NCBI RefSeq assembly: GCF_009914755.1
Contig: NC_060935.1
DNA: 64,000 nt
From: the human T2T-CHM13v2.0 reference genome, Homo sapiens
Reading direction: 5' to 3' (one strand)
The notes beneath the pieces were generated by a model. It had not been told where the DNA came from. It made no database searches and saw only the letters and a list, made by a program, of their open reading frames with translations. Position numbers and translations under genes: made by a program. Below, in pieces: positions 31,255 to 46,540 of this stretch; position 1 is the stretch's first letter; each line of letters starts with the position of its first letter.

Positions 31255-33130
31255 AATAACTGATGAAAGAAATTGAAGAGGATACCAAAAAAAATGGAGA
31301 GATATTCCACGTTCATGGATTGGAAGAGCCAATATTGTTAAAATGTCCATACTACCCGAAGCAACCTACAGATTCAATGCAATCACTATCAAAATATCAA
31401 TGGCATTCTTCACACAAATAAAAAAAATCCTAAAATGTATACAGAACCACAAAAGACCCAGAATAGCCAAAGCCATCCTAAGCAAAATGAACGAAACTGG
31501 GAGAGCCACGTTACCTGACTTCAAATTATACTACAGAGCTATAGTAACCCAAACAGCATGGTATTGTCATGAAAACAGACACATAGACCAATGGAACAGA
31601 ATGAAGAACACAGAAACAAATCCACACACCTACAGTAAACTCATTTTTGACAAAGGTGCCAGGAACATACACTGGGGAAAAGGCAGTCTCTTTAACAGAT
31701 GGTGCTAGGGAAACTAGATATCCACATGCAAAAAAAGAAAAAAAAAGAAAGAAACTAGGCTGTATCACTGAATCTCTCACCATATACAAAAATCAAATCA
31801 AAATGGACTAAAGCGTTAAGTCTAATACTTCAAGCTAAGAAAGTACTACAAGAAAACATTGGGGAAACTCTCCCAGGCAATGGTCTGGGCAAAAATTTCT
31901 TGAGCAATACCCCACAAGCACAGGCAACCACAGCCAAAATGGACAAATAGGATCACATCAAGTTAAAAAACTTCTGCACAGCAAAAGAAACATTCAACTA
32001 AGTGAAGAGACACCCACAGATGGTAGCAAATATTTACAAACTACCTATCTGAAAAGGGGTTCATAGCCAGAGTATACAAGGAGTTCAGACAATGCTATAG
32101 GAAAAAAGTCTAAAAATCTGATTAAAAAATAGGCAAAAGATTTGAATAGACGTTTCTCAAAAGAAGACATACAAATGGCAAATGGGCTTATGAAAAGGTG
32201 CCTCCTATGAAAGCAATAGCGTTGCTCGTCTGAGAAATGCAAATTAAAACTACAATGAGATACCACCTCACCCCAGTTAAAATGGCTTTTATCCAAGAGA
32301 CAGGCAATAACAAATGCTGGTGAGGATGTGAAGAGAAGCAATCTCTTGTACACTGTTGGTGGGAATGCAAACTAGTATAACCACTATGGAGAACAGTTTG
32401 GAGGTTCCTCAAAATACTGAAAAGAGAGCTACCATGGGATCCAGCAATCCTACTGCTGGGTATACACCCAAAAAAAGGAAATGGAAGAGATATTTGCACT
32501 CCTATGTTTATTGCAGCACTATTCACAATAGCCAAGATTTGGAAGCAACCTAAGTGTCCATCAACAGATGAATGAATAAAGAAAATCTGGTAATGTACAC
32601 AATGGATTACTATTATTCTAATAATCAGTACTAATATTCAGCCATGCAAAGAATGAGATCCTGTTGTTTGTGACAACATGAATATAACTGCAGATCACTA
32701 TGTTAACTGAAATAAAGCTTGCAAAGAAAGACAAACATTGCATATTCTCATTTATGCTGGATCTAAAAATCAAAACAACCGAGCTCATGGACATAGAGAG
32801 TAGAAGGATGGTTACCAGAGGCTGGGAAGTGTATTGGGGGTTGGGGAGGAGGTGGGGTTGGTTAATGGATACAAAAAGTAGAATGAATAAGACCTATTCT
32901 TTGATAGCACAAAAGGATGATTACAGCTGACAATAATTTGATTGTACATTTGAAACAACTAAAAGAGTAAAAGTGAATTGTTGGTAACACAAAAGATAAA
33001 CGCTTGAGATGTATACCTCGTTCTCCATGATGTGATTATTATGCATTACATGCCTGTATCAAAACATATAATGCACCCCATAAATATATACACCTATTAT
33101 TTATCCACAAAAATTAAAAATAAAAACAAA
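31255..33130 (+). mobile_element. L1MA-like 3' portion
   Basis: ORF2 peptide ...[15 protein letters not shown]...[12 protein letters not shown]... followed by an L1MA-type 3'UTR. Confidence 0.85.
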
Positions 33131-33269
33131 AGAAGAAACAGCACCAATATACAACCTACCATTTTACCTCAAGAAAATAGAAAAAGAAGAGCAAACGCAA
33201 AATTAGTACTCCTTGTTTTACCTATAAAACTAGACTACTTTATATTGTTTAAAGACAAACAATAGAAGA

Positions 33270-36110
33270 GAGACATAAAGAGTTGATTTGTTGAAAAGAT
33301 AAACAAAATTGACAAACCGGTAATTAGACTAAGAAAAAAAGAGAAAACTCAAATAAATAAAATGAGAGATGAAAAAGGAGACGTTACAACTGATATCGCA
33401 GAAATCATAGAGGATCTGAAGACTATTATGAACAATTATACACCAAATAATTGGAAAATCGAGAAGAAATAGATAAATTCCTGGAAACATAGGACCTACC
33501 AAAATTGCATTATGAATAAATGGAAACCTGAACAGACCAATAATGTGCAAGGAGATTGAATCAATAATAAAAGGAAGCCATCAAAAAAAGCTCAGTACCG
33601 CACAGCTTAATTTTGTCAAATATTTACAGAAGATTTACTACCAATTCTTCACAAAATATTCCAAAAAACTAAAGAGGAGGGAATTATTCCCAACTAATTC
33701 TACAAGGTCAGCTGTACCCGGACACCAAAACCAGACAAGGTCCCAAAAACAAAAGAAGAAAAACTACAGACCAATATCCCTGAGGAACATAGATACAGTA
33801 ATCCTCAATAAAATGCTATCAAACTGATTTCAACAGTCTGTGGAAAAGATTGTTCACCATGATCAAGTGAGATACATCCTAGGAATGCAAGGATGGTTCA
33901 AAATATGAATATCAATAAATGTGATACATTAAATTAACAGAATGAAGGAAAAATATAATCATTTTAATAGATGCTGAAAAAGTGTTTGACAAAATTCAAC
34001 ACTCTTCATGATAAAAACTCTGAACAAATTAGGTGTAGAAGGAATGCATCTCAACACAATAAAGGTCATATATGACAAACCCTCAGCTAACATTATACTC
34101 AGTGGGGAAAAGTTGAAAGCTTTTTCACTGAAATCGGCAACAAGACAAGGATGCCTAATTTCACTACTTGTATTCAACATAGTATGGAAGTCCTAGCCAG
34201 AGCAATTAGGCAAGAGAAAGAAATAGAAGGCATCCACACTGGAAAGGAAGAAGTTAATTTTTCCCTGTTTGCGAATAACATTATCTTATACGTAGAAAAC
34301 TCTAAAGGCTCCACCAATAACTATTAGAACTAATATGCAAATTCAGTAAAGTGGAAGGATAAAAAATCAACAAAAATATTAGTAGTCTTTTTATATGTTA
34401 ATAGAAAACTATCTGAAAAAGAAATCAAGAAAACTATCCCATTTACAATAGCTGCAAAAATAAAATAAAGTACCCAGACATAAATTTAACCAAGAAGGTG
34501 AAATATCTCTATGATGAAAAAAAAAACTGATTAAAGAAATGGAAGAAGACACAAAGAAATGAATATTACATATGAAGAAATTGTAAAAATAATATTGCTA
34601 AAACATTCATACTACTCAAAACTATATACAGATTGAATGCAATGACTATCAAAATACTAATGACACTTTTTTACAGAAATAGGAAAAACAATCCTAAAAG
34701 ACCTATAAAACCACACAAACCCCCAAATAACCAAAGTAATTTTCACCACAAAGAACAAAGTTGAAGGCATCATATTATGGGGCTGCAAAATATGCAATAA
34801 AGCTATAGTAACCAAAACATCATGGCACTAGCATAAAAACAGATACATTGACCAATGAAACAGAAATAGAGAGCCTAGAAATAATTCCAAGCACTTAGAG
34901 ACAATAGATTTTCAATCAAGTAAGTCACCAAGAACACATATTGGGAAAAGGAGTCTCTTCAGTAAGTAGGATAGGAAGAAGTAGATAGTCACATGCACAA
35001 TGAAATTAGACCCTTATCTCACCTTATGTATAAAAAAGGTCAAAGAAGATTAAAGACCTAAACATAAGACCAGAAACCATGAAACTACTAGAAGAAAATA
35101 TAGGGGAAAGGCTTCAGAGATTGGTGTGGGTAAGGATTTTTTTTTTGATATGACCTCAAAATCAAAGATGACAAAAAGCAAAATAGACAACTGAGATTAC
35201 ATTCAAAGAAAAAGATTCTGCACGGCAGAGAAAACAATCCACAAAGTGCAAACACAACCTGTAAAGTGGGAGAAAATCTTTGCAGTCTATACAACTGATA
35301 TGGCATTAATATCTAAAATTTATAAGGAATCCAAACAACTTAATGACAAGAAAACAAACAACAGTATTTTAAAAGGGGCAAAACACCTGAGTAAACATTT
35401 CTCAAAAGAAGACATACAAATGGCCAATAGGTCAATAGGTGTATTAAAAAATGTTAAACATCACTGATGATCAGGGAAATATAAATCAAAACCACAATGA
35501 GATATCACTTTGCACCTATCTTAAGGGCTATTATCAAAAAGACAAAAGAACAAATAGTAAGGATGTGGAGAAAAATGAACTCTTACACACTGTTGGTGGG
35601 AATGTTAATTAGTACAGACATTATGGAAAACACTCTGTAGGGTCCTTAAAATATTAAAAATAGAATTATCATATGATTCAGTAACACCACTATTGAGTAT
35701 ATATCCAAAGGAAATAAAATCAGTATATCAAAGAGATATCTGTGCTTCCAGGTTTATTGCAGCACTATGCACAAAGGCCAAGATATGGAATCACCCTAAG
35801 TGTCCCATCGACAGATAAAAATGGATAAAGAAAATGTGGTATATATACACAATGGAATACTATTCAGCCATCAAAAAGAACACAATCCTGTTAGTTGCAA
35901 CATGTTTGAACCTGGAGAACATTAAGTTAAATAGATAAGGCATAAAATGACAAATGTTGGATGATCTCACTCATATGTGAGTGAGAAAAAACTTGATCTC
36001 ACAGAAGTAGGGAGTAGAATGTTGGTTACCAGAGGTGTGGATGGTTAAGGGAGAGGTAGGGATAGGGAGATGGTGGTCAAAGGATATGTAATTACAGTTA
36101 TATAGGAGAA
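33270..36110 (+). mobile_element. Old L1M ORF2/3'UTR
   Basis: NYRPISLRNID and [13 protein letters not shown] motifs; degenerate. Confidence 0.85.
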
Positions 36111-36364
36111 ATGTATATAATACATTAAACATGTGTCCAGAATAGGCAATTATATAGAGTTAGAAAGTAGATAAGTAATTGCCTGGGGCTAGGGGAAGAG
36201 GGGAAGAGAATAGGTGGGAGTGGGGAGGAAAAGGAAGAATGACTACTAATGGTTATGAAGTTTTTTATGTGATGAAACTGTTCTAAAATTGATTGTGGTG
36301 ATGGTTGTGTAACTCTGTGAACATACTAAGACCATTGGATTATAGACTTTATTGATTTTTGTTA

Positions 36365-36790
36365 TTTCTCTTTTTTATTACATTTCAATAGTTTCTGGGG
36401 AACAGATGGTTTTTGGTTACATAGATAAGTTCTGCAGTGGTGATTTCTGAGATTTTGGGGCACTGGTTACCAGAGCTGCGTATACTATACCCAATGTGTA
36501 GTCTTTTATCCCTCACCTCCTCCCAACCTTCCTCCCACATCCCCAAAGTCCATTATATAATTTTCATACCTTTGCATCCTCCTAGCTTAGCTCCCACTTG
36601 TAAGTGAGAACATACAATATTTGATTTTCCACTCTTGAGTTACTTCACTTAGAACAATGGTCTCCGACTCCATCCAGGTTGCTGCAAATGCCATTATTTC
36701 ATTTCTTTTTATAGCTGAGTAGTATTCCATGGTGTATATACCACATTTTCTTTATCCACTTGTTGGTTGATGGGCATTTAGGCTGGATGA
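36365..36790 (-). mobile_element. L1PB-like 3' end
   Basis: Antisense 3'UTR (TTTTGGTTACAT...GATTTCTGAGATTTTGG...CCCCAAAGTCCATTAT). Confidence 0.75.
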
Positions 36791-36849
36791 TACACTTTAA
36801 ATGGATGAATTGTATGATATGTAAATTATATCTTTAAAGCTGTTTAAAA

Positions 36850-39318
36850 GAAAAGAAAAGCCCAGGACTTGATGGTTTCACTCATGAATTCTACAAAACA
36901 CTTAAAGAAGAAAGAAAACCAGTCCTTCTCAAACTCTTTCAAAAAACTGAAGAAGAGGGCAAAATCCCAAACTTATTTCATGAGGCTAGGACTATCTGAT
37001 ACGAAAGACAGACAAGGACCATACAATAAAAGAAAATTACTCTGAGAGCAGTGGCTCACACCTATAATCCCGGTACATTGAGAGGCTGAGGCAGGAGGAC
37101 CACTTGAGCCCCGCAGTTTGAGACCAACCTAGGCAACATAGTGAGACCGTGTTTTTACAAAAAATAGAAAAAGGTAGCTAGACAAGGTGGTGCATGCCTG
37201 TAATCCCAGCTACTTGGGAGGCTGAGGTAAGAGGATTGCTGGAGCCCAGGAGTTGAGGCTGAAGTGAGCCATGATCACACCACTGCATTCCAGCCTGGGC
37301 AGCAGAGCGAGATACTGTCTCAAAAAAATTACACGCAAACATCCTCAACAAATATAAACATAGATGCAAAAATCCTCAACAATACTAGTAAACTGAATTC
37401 CACAGCATATAAAAATGATCATTCATCAAGATCAAGTGAGATTTATCCATAGGGTAAAGATGGTTCCACATACACGTGATATACCATATTAACAGAATGA
37501 CGAACAGAAATCATATGGTCATCTCAATAGATGGAGAAAGTATTTAACAAAATTCAACATTTTTTTCCATGAAAAAAGTTCTCAACAAATTCCATATAGA
37601 AGGAATGCACCTCAACACAATAAAGGCCTTATAAGACATACCCTCAGCTAACATCATACTCAGTGAGGAAAAGTTTAAAGATTTTCCTCAAAGATCAGGA
37701 ACATAATAAAAATGTGCACTCTGACCACTTCTAGTCAGCATAGTACTGGAAGTCCTAGCCAGAGCAATTCAGCAGGAGAAAGAAATAAAAGGTTTCTAGA
37801 TCGAAAAGGAAGCAGTTAAATTGTCCCTGGTTTGCAGATGACATGATTGTATATGAAGAAAACTTTATAGACTCCACCAAAAAACTGTTAGCACTGATAA
37901 AAATTCAGTAAATTAGCAAGATATAAAATTAACACATAAAATTAGTAGCTTTTCTACACACTAACAAGAAACTATCTAAAAAAGAAATCAAGAACACAAT
38001 TTCATTTATGATAGCATTAATAAGAATAAGTTACTTAGGAATATATTTAGCCAAGGAAGTGAAAAACCTGTACACTGAAAACTAGAAAACATTGATGAAG
38101 GAAACTGAAGAAGACACAAATAAATGGGAAGATAGCCTCTGTTCATGGATTGGAAGAATTAATATTGTTAAAACATCCACACTACCCAAAGCAATCTACA
38201 GATTCAGTGTAGTCCCTATCAAAATACCAATGACATTCTTCACAGAGGTAGAAAACACAACCTTAAAATTATTATGGAACCATATAAGACCTTGAATAGC
38301 CAAAGCACTCTCAAGTAAAACATGAAAAATAAAATACAAAAACCAAAACTGGAGGTATAATAACACCTGACTTCAAAATATACTACAAAATATATTATAA
38401 AGCTATAGTAATTAAAACAGCAAGGTACTAACGTTAACAAAAGGACACAAAGACCAATGGAGCAGACTAAAGAGCCTAGGTATAATTCCACACATTTACT
38501 GTCAATTGACTTTTGCCAAAGGTGGCAAGAACAGACAAGGGGGACAATCAGTCTCTTTAATAAATGGTATTGGGATAACTCAATATCCACAAACAAAAGA
38601 ATAAAATTAGATCCTTATCTCACTCTACATACAAAAATTACATCAAAATGGATTAAAGGCTTAACTGTAAGACTAGAAACTTTAAAACAGCTAGTAGAAA
38701 ATGGGGGAAAAGCTTCATGACATTGGTCTGGGCAACAATTTTTTGAATAAGAATCCAAAAGCATAGGCAACAAAAATGAAAATTGGCAGAATTATTTGAA
38801 ACTAGAAAAACTTCTGCATAGGCAGGAAATAACAGAAGAAAAAGGCAATCTATGGAATGGGAGAAAATATTTGCAAACCTTTATCTGATAAGGGGTTAAT
38901 AGCCAAAATATATAAATAATTCCAACAACCCAATAGTAGGGAATAAACTTCTTAAAAAATGGGCAAAGCACCTAAATAGGCAATTCTCAAATAAGACATA
39001 CAAATGGCCCATAGGTAAATGAAGAAAAGAAAAAGGTCAACAAAATTAATCATCAGGGAAATGCAAATTAAAACCACAATGAGATATCACCTCATACATG
39101 TTAGAATGACTATTAACGAAAAGACAAAAGATAAAAAGTGTTGGAGAGAATGGGGAGAAGGGGAACCCTTGCACATTGTTGGTGGGAATGTTAGATAGTA
39201 TAACTATTATGGAAAACAGTATGGACAGTCATAAAAAATTTAAAAATAGAACTAGCTATGATCCAGCAATCTCACTACTGTGTATATATCCAAATATATG
39301 AAATCAGTACGTTGAAGA
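36850..39318 (+). mobile_element. Old L1M ORF2 interrupted by an AluJ (37041-37328)
   Basis: ...[22 protein letters not shown]... peptide; Alu flanked by AAAATTAC repeats. Confidence 0.85.
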
Positions 39319-39723
39319 CTCTAACTTCTAGTTCAAGTCCAAGGAACCCCTCTCATCACTCCATTTGCAGAGGAAAAACAATTCAAATATGAGCTGTCCA
39401 AGGATGTACAGCAATCGGCTTGTAGTTATAGGGGTAGGGCTTATTGAAAGAGGCTAAGCAAAAATACACTGAGAATAAATGCTGTTTTTTTTTTCCTTTG
39501 TCCACTTTTGTATGGGGTAATCATTTCTTTCTTTTTAGAATGGTAAGCTCTAGAGGATAAATATTTGGATGAAGGCCATAGGAAAAGGGGCCACAGAGGC
39601 CTGTTTAATAGAGACTTCAGGTCTGAGATACAAATGAGTCCTCCCAGCTCACAGTTGGTAGCTCAGTTCATGACATTATCTAGAGTTTGCACCAACATTC
39701 AGCTAGTATTAAAGACTTTGCTC

Positions 39724-39995
39724 ACAACTATTGCAAGGACAGAAAACCAAACACCACATGTTCTCACTCATAGGTGGGAATTGAACAATGAGAACACTTG
39801 GACACAGGGTGGGGAACATCACACACTGGGGCCTGTCTTGGGGTGGGGAGATGGGGGAGCGATAGCATTAGGAGAAATACCTAATGTAAATGATGAGTTA
39901 ATGGGTGCAACAAACAAACACGGCACAGGTATACATATGTAACAAACCTGCACGTTTTGCGCATGTGCCCTAGAACTTAATGTAAGAAAAAAAAA
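39724..39995 (+). mobile_element. L1PA 3' end (short, 5'-truncated)
   Basis: 3'UTR ...CTCATAGGTGGGAATTGAACAATGAG...CCCTAGAACTTAA plus A tail. Confidence 0.9.
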
Positions 39996-41865
39996 TAATT
40001 CTGCTCAGGAGGAACATCTCTGTGTATCTTCTTGCTGAGCCTGTGGTGGTAATAGGTAACAGGCAGCTACTTGAGCTCCTGGAGTTCTTAGATGCGGGCA
40101 TCTCTTTTTCAGAAGATGCAACCAATATTTTCTAACAGGACCTGGAGAATCATTTTATTTTAAAATCCCTCATAGTTCCAATGTTTAGATCACCTGTGGT
40201 TCTGTCGCTATTTTTTTCCACTTTTTTTTTTAGTTATTTGGTAGTTTCTTGGCATGCTTGGTGTGTGTGAATGGATAGTGATTTTATATGAAAAAATTAG
40301 AGACTCTGTTCTCTGAAACTGTTACGTTTCTCTAGAAAGAATTCAGGCAGATAAGGGTACTGGCAGATCTTGATCCATCTGAGAGGACGCTTAACTTTTG
40401 CTAGTGCTAGCGTTGATCTTTTTCTGGGTTGTCCTTACTCCTAGAGTACAGCCCTTCTAGTGTTTCAAAGCTTCCTAGTGTTTCAGTGTTTATTTACAAG
40501 GGTTGCTCTACCTCCTCAGGCCCTGACCTCCAGCCTCTGACTCCCCAGCACCATCAGACTGCTAGTCTTTGCATAACTGTTTAGCTTCACAGCTGCTGCT
40601 TTCAATTCAGGTGCTGAGAATCTTGCCCTGAACATGCACAGCTTAGGAATTGGCAAACTCCTCAAGGGGAATCGGCACGCTGAACTTTGGCCCAATTTTC
40701 TCTAAGGCTGCCTCTTCTATCTCAGGTCTCAGACTCCATGGTATCCCTGAACTGCAACTTCTTTATTCCTAGCCTGCTGGGTTTCACTCGCGTCCGTGTG
40801 AAGAGACCACCAAACAGGCTTTCCGTGAGCAGCAAGGCTGGTTATTTCACCTGGGTGCAGGCGGGCTGAGTCCGAAAGAGAGTCAGCGAAGGGAGATAGG
40901 GGTGGGGCCGTTTTGTAAGATTTGGGTAGGTAAAGGAAAAAGAGGGTTGTTCTCTGGTGGGCAGGAGTGGGGGGTCACAAGGCGCTCAGTGGGGGAGTTT
41001 TTGAGCCAGGATGAAGCAGGAGAAGGAATTTCACAAAGTAATGTCATCAGTTAAGGTGAGGACCAGCCATTTTCACTTCTGTTATGGTGGAATGTCATCA
41101 GTTAAGGCAGGAACAGGCCATTTAAATATCACTTCTTTTGTGATTCTTTAGTAGCTTCAGGCCCTCTGGATGTATACAAGCAGGTCACAGGGGATATGAT
41201 GGCTTAGCTTGGGCTCGGAGGCCTGACATTCCTGTCTTCTTATATTAATAAGAAAAATAAAATATAATAGTGTTGAAGTGTTTGGGCAGTGAAAATTTTG
41301 GGGGGTGGTATGGATAGATAATGGGCGATGTTTCTCAGGGCTGCTTTGATTAGGGGCAGCGTGGGAACCTCGAGTGGGAGAGAGTAAGCTGAAGGAAGAT
41401 TTTGTGGTAAGGGGTGATATTGTGGGGTTGTTAGAAGAAACATTTGTCGTATAGAATTATTGGTGATGGCCTGGATATGGCTTTGTATGAATTGAAAAAA
41501 GAGCAGAATAAGACAGAGAGAACAACAGGTATTAAAGGACTAAGAATTGGGAGAACCCAGGACATTTAACTAGAGAGTGCCTAAGGAGGTTCAGCATAGC
41601 CCTGCCAGCAAAGATTATTTACTTTAGGAGGGAGTTAATAGTGGCAGTTTGGGGATAGCACCATGAGATATCAGCTGTGATGGCTTGGAGAGACAGTGTA
41701 AACCGGCAGTGTAAACAAGAGCAGGGCATTTATGAGTAGTTGAGAATGGTGAATAGGAGTATGACTAGATAGAAGATAGTAGGGAAGACAAGCTTTTTTT
41801 TTTTTTTTTTTCGGGGGCGGTCGCAGTCCAAGTTGGTCTGGTGTCTGGAATGAGACTGGGGCCTA

Positions 41866-42116
<251 letters not shown>

Positions 42117-45100
42117 AGCGTCTATAGAGCAGTTCAAATGGGCTGTACTCTGTAGCATTCTGAGGACAGGCCTGAATTCTGAGAAGGGCAAGTGGTAAAA
42201 GTATTGCCCATTCCTTTTTAAGTTGGTGACTGAGCTTGGTGAGGTGAGTTTTTAAAAGACCATTAGTTCACTGAACACTAAGAGCCTGAGAAACTGCTTG
42301 GGTGATTTGACTAACAAAGGCCGGTCCGTTATCGGACTGTATAGAGGTGGGAAGCCCAAACTGAGGAATTATGTCTGACAGAAGGGAAGAAATGACTGCG
42401 GTGGCCTTCTTAGACCCTGTGAGAAAGGCCTCTACCTATCCAGTGAAAGTATCTACCTAGACCAAGAGGTATCTGAGTTTCCTGACTCGGGGCATGTTGA
42501 GTAAAGCCAATTTGCCAGTCCTGGGCGGGGGCAAATCCCCGAGCTTGATGTGTAGGGAAGGGAGGGGGCCTGAATGATCCCTGAGGAGTAGTAGAATAGC
42601 AGATGGAACACTGAGAAGTGATTTCCTTGAGGATAGATTTCCACGATGGAAAGGAAATGAGAGGTTCTAAGAGTTGGGCTGTTGGCTTGTTCTATAGCAT
42701 AGCCTGCCTTTGCTGGTGTGTGGCGATTAGGCCTGGTGGAACTGCCATCAATAAATCAAGCGTGATCAGGGTGAGGAACAGGAAAGAAGGAAATATGGGG
42801 AAATGGGGTGAATGTCAGGTGGATCAGAGAGATACAGTCATGAGGGTCAGGTGTGGTATCCGGAATAATGCGGGAGGCCAGATTGAAGTCTGGGCCGGGA
42901 ACAATGGTAATTGTGGGAGACTCAACAAAGAGTGAGTATCGCTGAAGGAGCCGGGAAGCAGAAAGTATATGCATCAGGTGTGAGGAAGAAAATAGGTTTT
43001 GGAAGTTATAAGAAGTATAGAGAGTGAGTTGAGCATAGTTTGTGGTTTTGAGGGCCTCTAAAATTATTAAAGCAGTGGCAGCCACTGCACGCAGACATGA
43101 GGGCTAGGCAAAACAGTAAGGTCAAGTTTTTTGGACAGAAAGGCTACAGGGTGCGGTCCTGGCTCTTGTGTAAGAATTCTGACTGCACTAACCATGCCTA
43201 GGAAGGAAAGGAGTTGTTGTTTTGTAGAAGGGATTGAGGTTTGGGAGATTAGTTGGACATGATCAGCAGGGAGAGCACGTGTGTTTTTATGAGAATTATG
43301 CCGAGATAGGTAACAGATGAGGATGAAATTTGGGCTTGACTGAAGCAATGGGAGCTGTCTGTGAAGGCTTGTGGCAGTACAGCCCAGGTAATTTGCTGAG
43401 CCTGATTGGTGTCAGGGTCAGTCTAAGTGATGAAGGGTGCAAAGGGATAGTAAAGAAAGCATGTTTGAGATCCAGACAGAATAATGGGTTGTGGAGGGAG
43501 GTATTGAGGATAGGAGAGTATATGGGTTTGGCACCACGGGGTGGAGAGGCAAAACAATTTGGTTGATAAGGCACAGATCCTGAACTAACCTGTAAGAAAG
43601 ACTTGTCTGGTTCTAGGACAGGTGAAATGGGGGAACTGTAAGGGGAGTTTATAGGCTTTAAAAGTCCATGCTGTAGCAGGTGTGTGATAACAGGCTTTAA
43701 TCCTTTTAAAGCGTGCTGTGGGATAGGATATTGGCGTTGAGGCGGGTAAGGGTGATTAGGTTTTAATAGGATGGTAATGGTCATGTGATCGGTTGCCAGG
43801 AAGGGAGTAGAGATGTCTTATACTTGTGGGTTAAGGTGGGGGGATACGAGAGGAAGATGCAAAGGAGGCTTTGGGTTGGGAAGAAGAGCGGCAATGAGAT
43901 GTAGCCCAGGAATAGACAGGGAAGCAGATAATTTAATTAAAATGTCTCGGCCTAATAAGGGAGCTGGGCAGGTGGGGATAATGAAAAAGGAGTGCTTAAA
44001 AGAGTATTGTCTAAGTTGGCACCAGAGTTGGGGAGTTTTAAGAGGTTTAGAGGCCTGGCAGTCAATACCTGCAACAGTTATGGAGGCAAGGGAGACAGGC
44101 TCTTGAAAAGAAGGTAATGTGGAGTGGGTAGCCTCCTTATTGATTAAGAAGGGGATGGACTTACCTTCCATTGTGAGAGTTACCCAGAGCATCTGTGATG
44201 GTCCTGTAGGCTTCCGAGGTGATCGGGCAATGTCAGTCTTCAGCTGCTAAGCCGAGAAGATCTGGGAAGGAGTCAGAGAGCCTTGGGCCAGAGTTCCAGG
44301 GGTTCTGGAAGTGGCTGCCAGGTGAGTTGAACAGTTTGATTTTCACTGGGGTCTCGCACAGATGGGACACGGCTTAGGAGGAATCCTGGGATGTGGGCAT
44401 TCCTTGGCCTAGTGGCCAGATTTCCAGCACTTGTAGCAAGCTCCTGGGGGAGGAGGTTCTGGAGGAACCCCCGGCAGCAGCAGTTCAGGCATTTGGAGTT
44501 CTTGTGTGCTGGAGATGTGGCTGGGGTTTCGCTCACAGTGGAGGCAAGGAATTGCAACTCAGAAATATGTTGCTACTTGGCTGCCTCTACTCTATTATTG
44601 TACACCTGGAAGGCGAGGTTAATTAGATCCTGTTGTGGGGTTTGAGGGCCGGAATTTAATTTTTGAAGTTTTTTCCTAATGTTGGGAGTGGACTGGGTGA
44701 TAAAATGCATATTAAGAATAAGGCGGCCCTCTGGCCCTTCTGGGTCTAGGGCAGTAAAGCGTCTAAGGGTCACTGCTAAGTGGGCCATGTACTGGGCTGG
44801 GTTTTCATCTTTACCTTGGGTAGTTTCTTTCAGCTTGTCATAATTAACAGCTTTGTAAGCTGCCTTTTAAAGCCCTTCAATTAGGCGGGAAATCATGTAA
44901 TCTCACCTAGCTATACCTGGGGAATCTGCCTGATAGTTCCATTGGGGATCCTCTCGAGGAACTGCTCTAATACCTTCCTGGAGGTCTGGCTCATGAAGCC
45001 GGTGGTTATCAGCATGAGATTGGGCTAGAGAAAAAACTCATTCTCGTTCACCTGGGGAGAGGGTAGAAGTCAGGATGACATTTAAGTCACTCCAGGTTAA

Positions 45101-45854
45101 ATTGTAGGACAGAGTAAGATATTGGAATTCCTGTATGTATTTAGTGGGGTCTGATGAGAAAGAGCCTAAACGCTGACTGATCTGAGAGAGGTCTGATAGA
45201 GAAAAAGGTACATGTACCCTGACTATGCCTTCAGCTGCAGCCACTTCTCTAAGAGGAAATTGTTGGGCAGGTGGGGAAGAGCTAGTCACGGAACTAAACT
45301 GTAAGCTGGACTGGGTGTGAAGAGGGGAGGTGATAGAAGGATTACAGGGTGGAGGAGTGGAGGCTGAGGAAGAATGGGGACCTGGCTTGGCCTGGCGAGG
45401 AGCAGCCTGGGGAGGAGGGGAGAAGTCAGATGGGTCTGTAGAAAAGGAAGATTAGAAAGACTCAACTATGCTTGGGATTGGGACTGAGAGGACAGGAGGG
45501 AGGGAAAGAAGGAGGATTTGGGATGAGTCACACTGGGAACAGAGACTAGGGAAGGAACAATGTGTAAAAGAATGCCTGGACATCAGGCACCTCAGATCAT
45601 TTGCCTATTTTACGGTAAGAATTATGTAGATCTTGTAGGATGGAAAAATCGAAAGTGCTGTTTTCTGGCTATTTGGAAACACTGTTGAGTTTGTATTGGG
45701 GTCAGGCGGCATTGTAGAATAAAATAAGGCATTTAGGTTTAGGTCAGGTGTGAGTTGAAGAGGTTTTAAGTTCTTGAGAACACAGGCTAAGGGAGAAGAA
45801 GGAGGAATGGAGGGTGAAAGGCTGCCCATAGTGAAGGAGGCAAGCCCAGAGAAA

Positions 45855-46085
45855 AGAGAGAGTAGAGACATGGAGAGAAGGGGTGGGGGGTGCTTGCACC
45901 CAGGAAAGTGGAGAAGGGGTAGAGACATGGAGAGAAGGGGTTGGGGGGTTTTTGCCACCCAGAAAAGCAGAGAAGGGGTAGAGACACGGAGAGAAGGGGT
46001 GGGGGGTTCTTGCCCTCCAGAAAAGCGGAGAAGGGGTAGAGACACGGAGAGAAGGGGTGGGGGGTTCTTGCCCCCCAGAAAAGTG
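45855..46085. repeat. ~57-bp tandem repeat (about 4 units) in the HERV-H leader
   Basis: Repeated GTAGAGACA(T/C)GGAGAGAAGGGGTGGGGGGT...CCAGAAAAG...GAGAAGGG. Confidence 0.85.
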
Positions 46086-46540
46086 GTACTTGCCACTAAG
46101 GGCAAAAGACCAAGGCAGGCATCCCTGTGTGGTCAGACACCTCTGAAACGTGGATGAATAATCAGGTGTCCCCGTGTGATTAAACACCAAGGGAAGACTG
46201 TCTTCCCGAGTCCATGACCGGCGCTGAAGTTTTGGGTCCACGGATAAAACTCATCTCCTGTCTGTAGGAGAAAAGTAAAGAAACTGAAATTAAGAGAAGG
46301 GAGAGATTGAAGTGTGGTGCCAAGATTGAAAGGAGCAAGAAGTTGAGGGATAGTGAGAGAGGTTGGAGAAGAGAGTAAAAAGAGGCCACTTACCTGATTG
46401 AAAATTGGTGTGATGTTCCTTGGGCTAGTTGGTCTGAGGACATGAGGTCGTAAGTGGATCTTTCTCACAGAGTGAAAGGCAGGAGGACACGGGATTGATC
46501 TCCCAAGGGAGGTCCCCTGATCCGAGTCATGGCACCAAAA

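Noticed and set aside
42756-45289. HERV-H gag/pro/pol ORFs as intact genes
   Set aside because: Fragmented and deleted; the protease catalytic motif is degenerate (LINKEA) and no env ORF is present.
45855-46085. Regular repeats resembling a CRISPR-like array
   Set aside because: Head-to-tail minisatellite in the HERV-H leader with no unique spacers; eukaryotic context.
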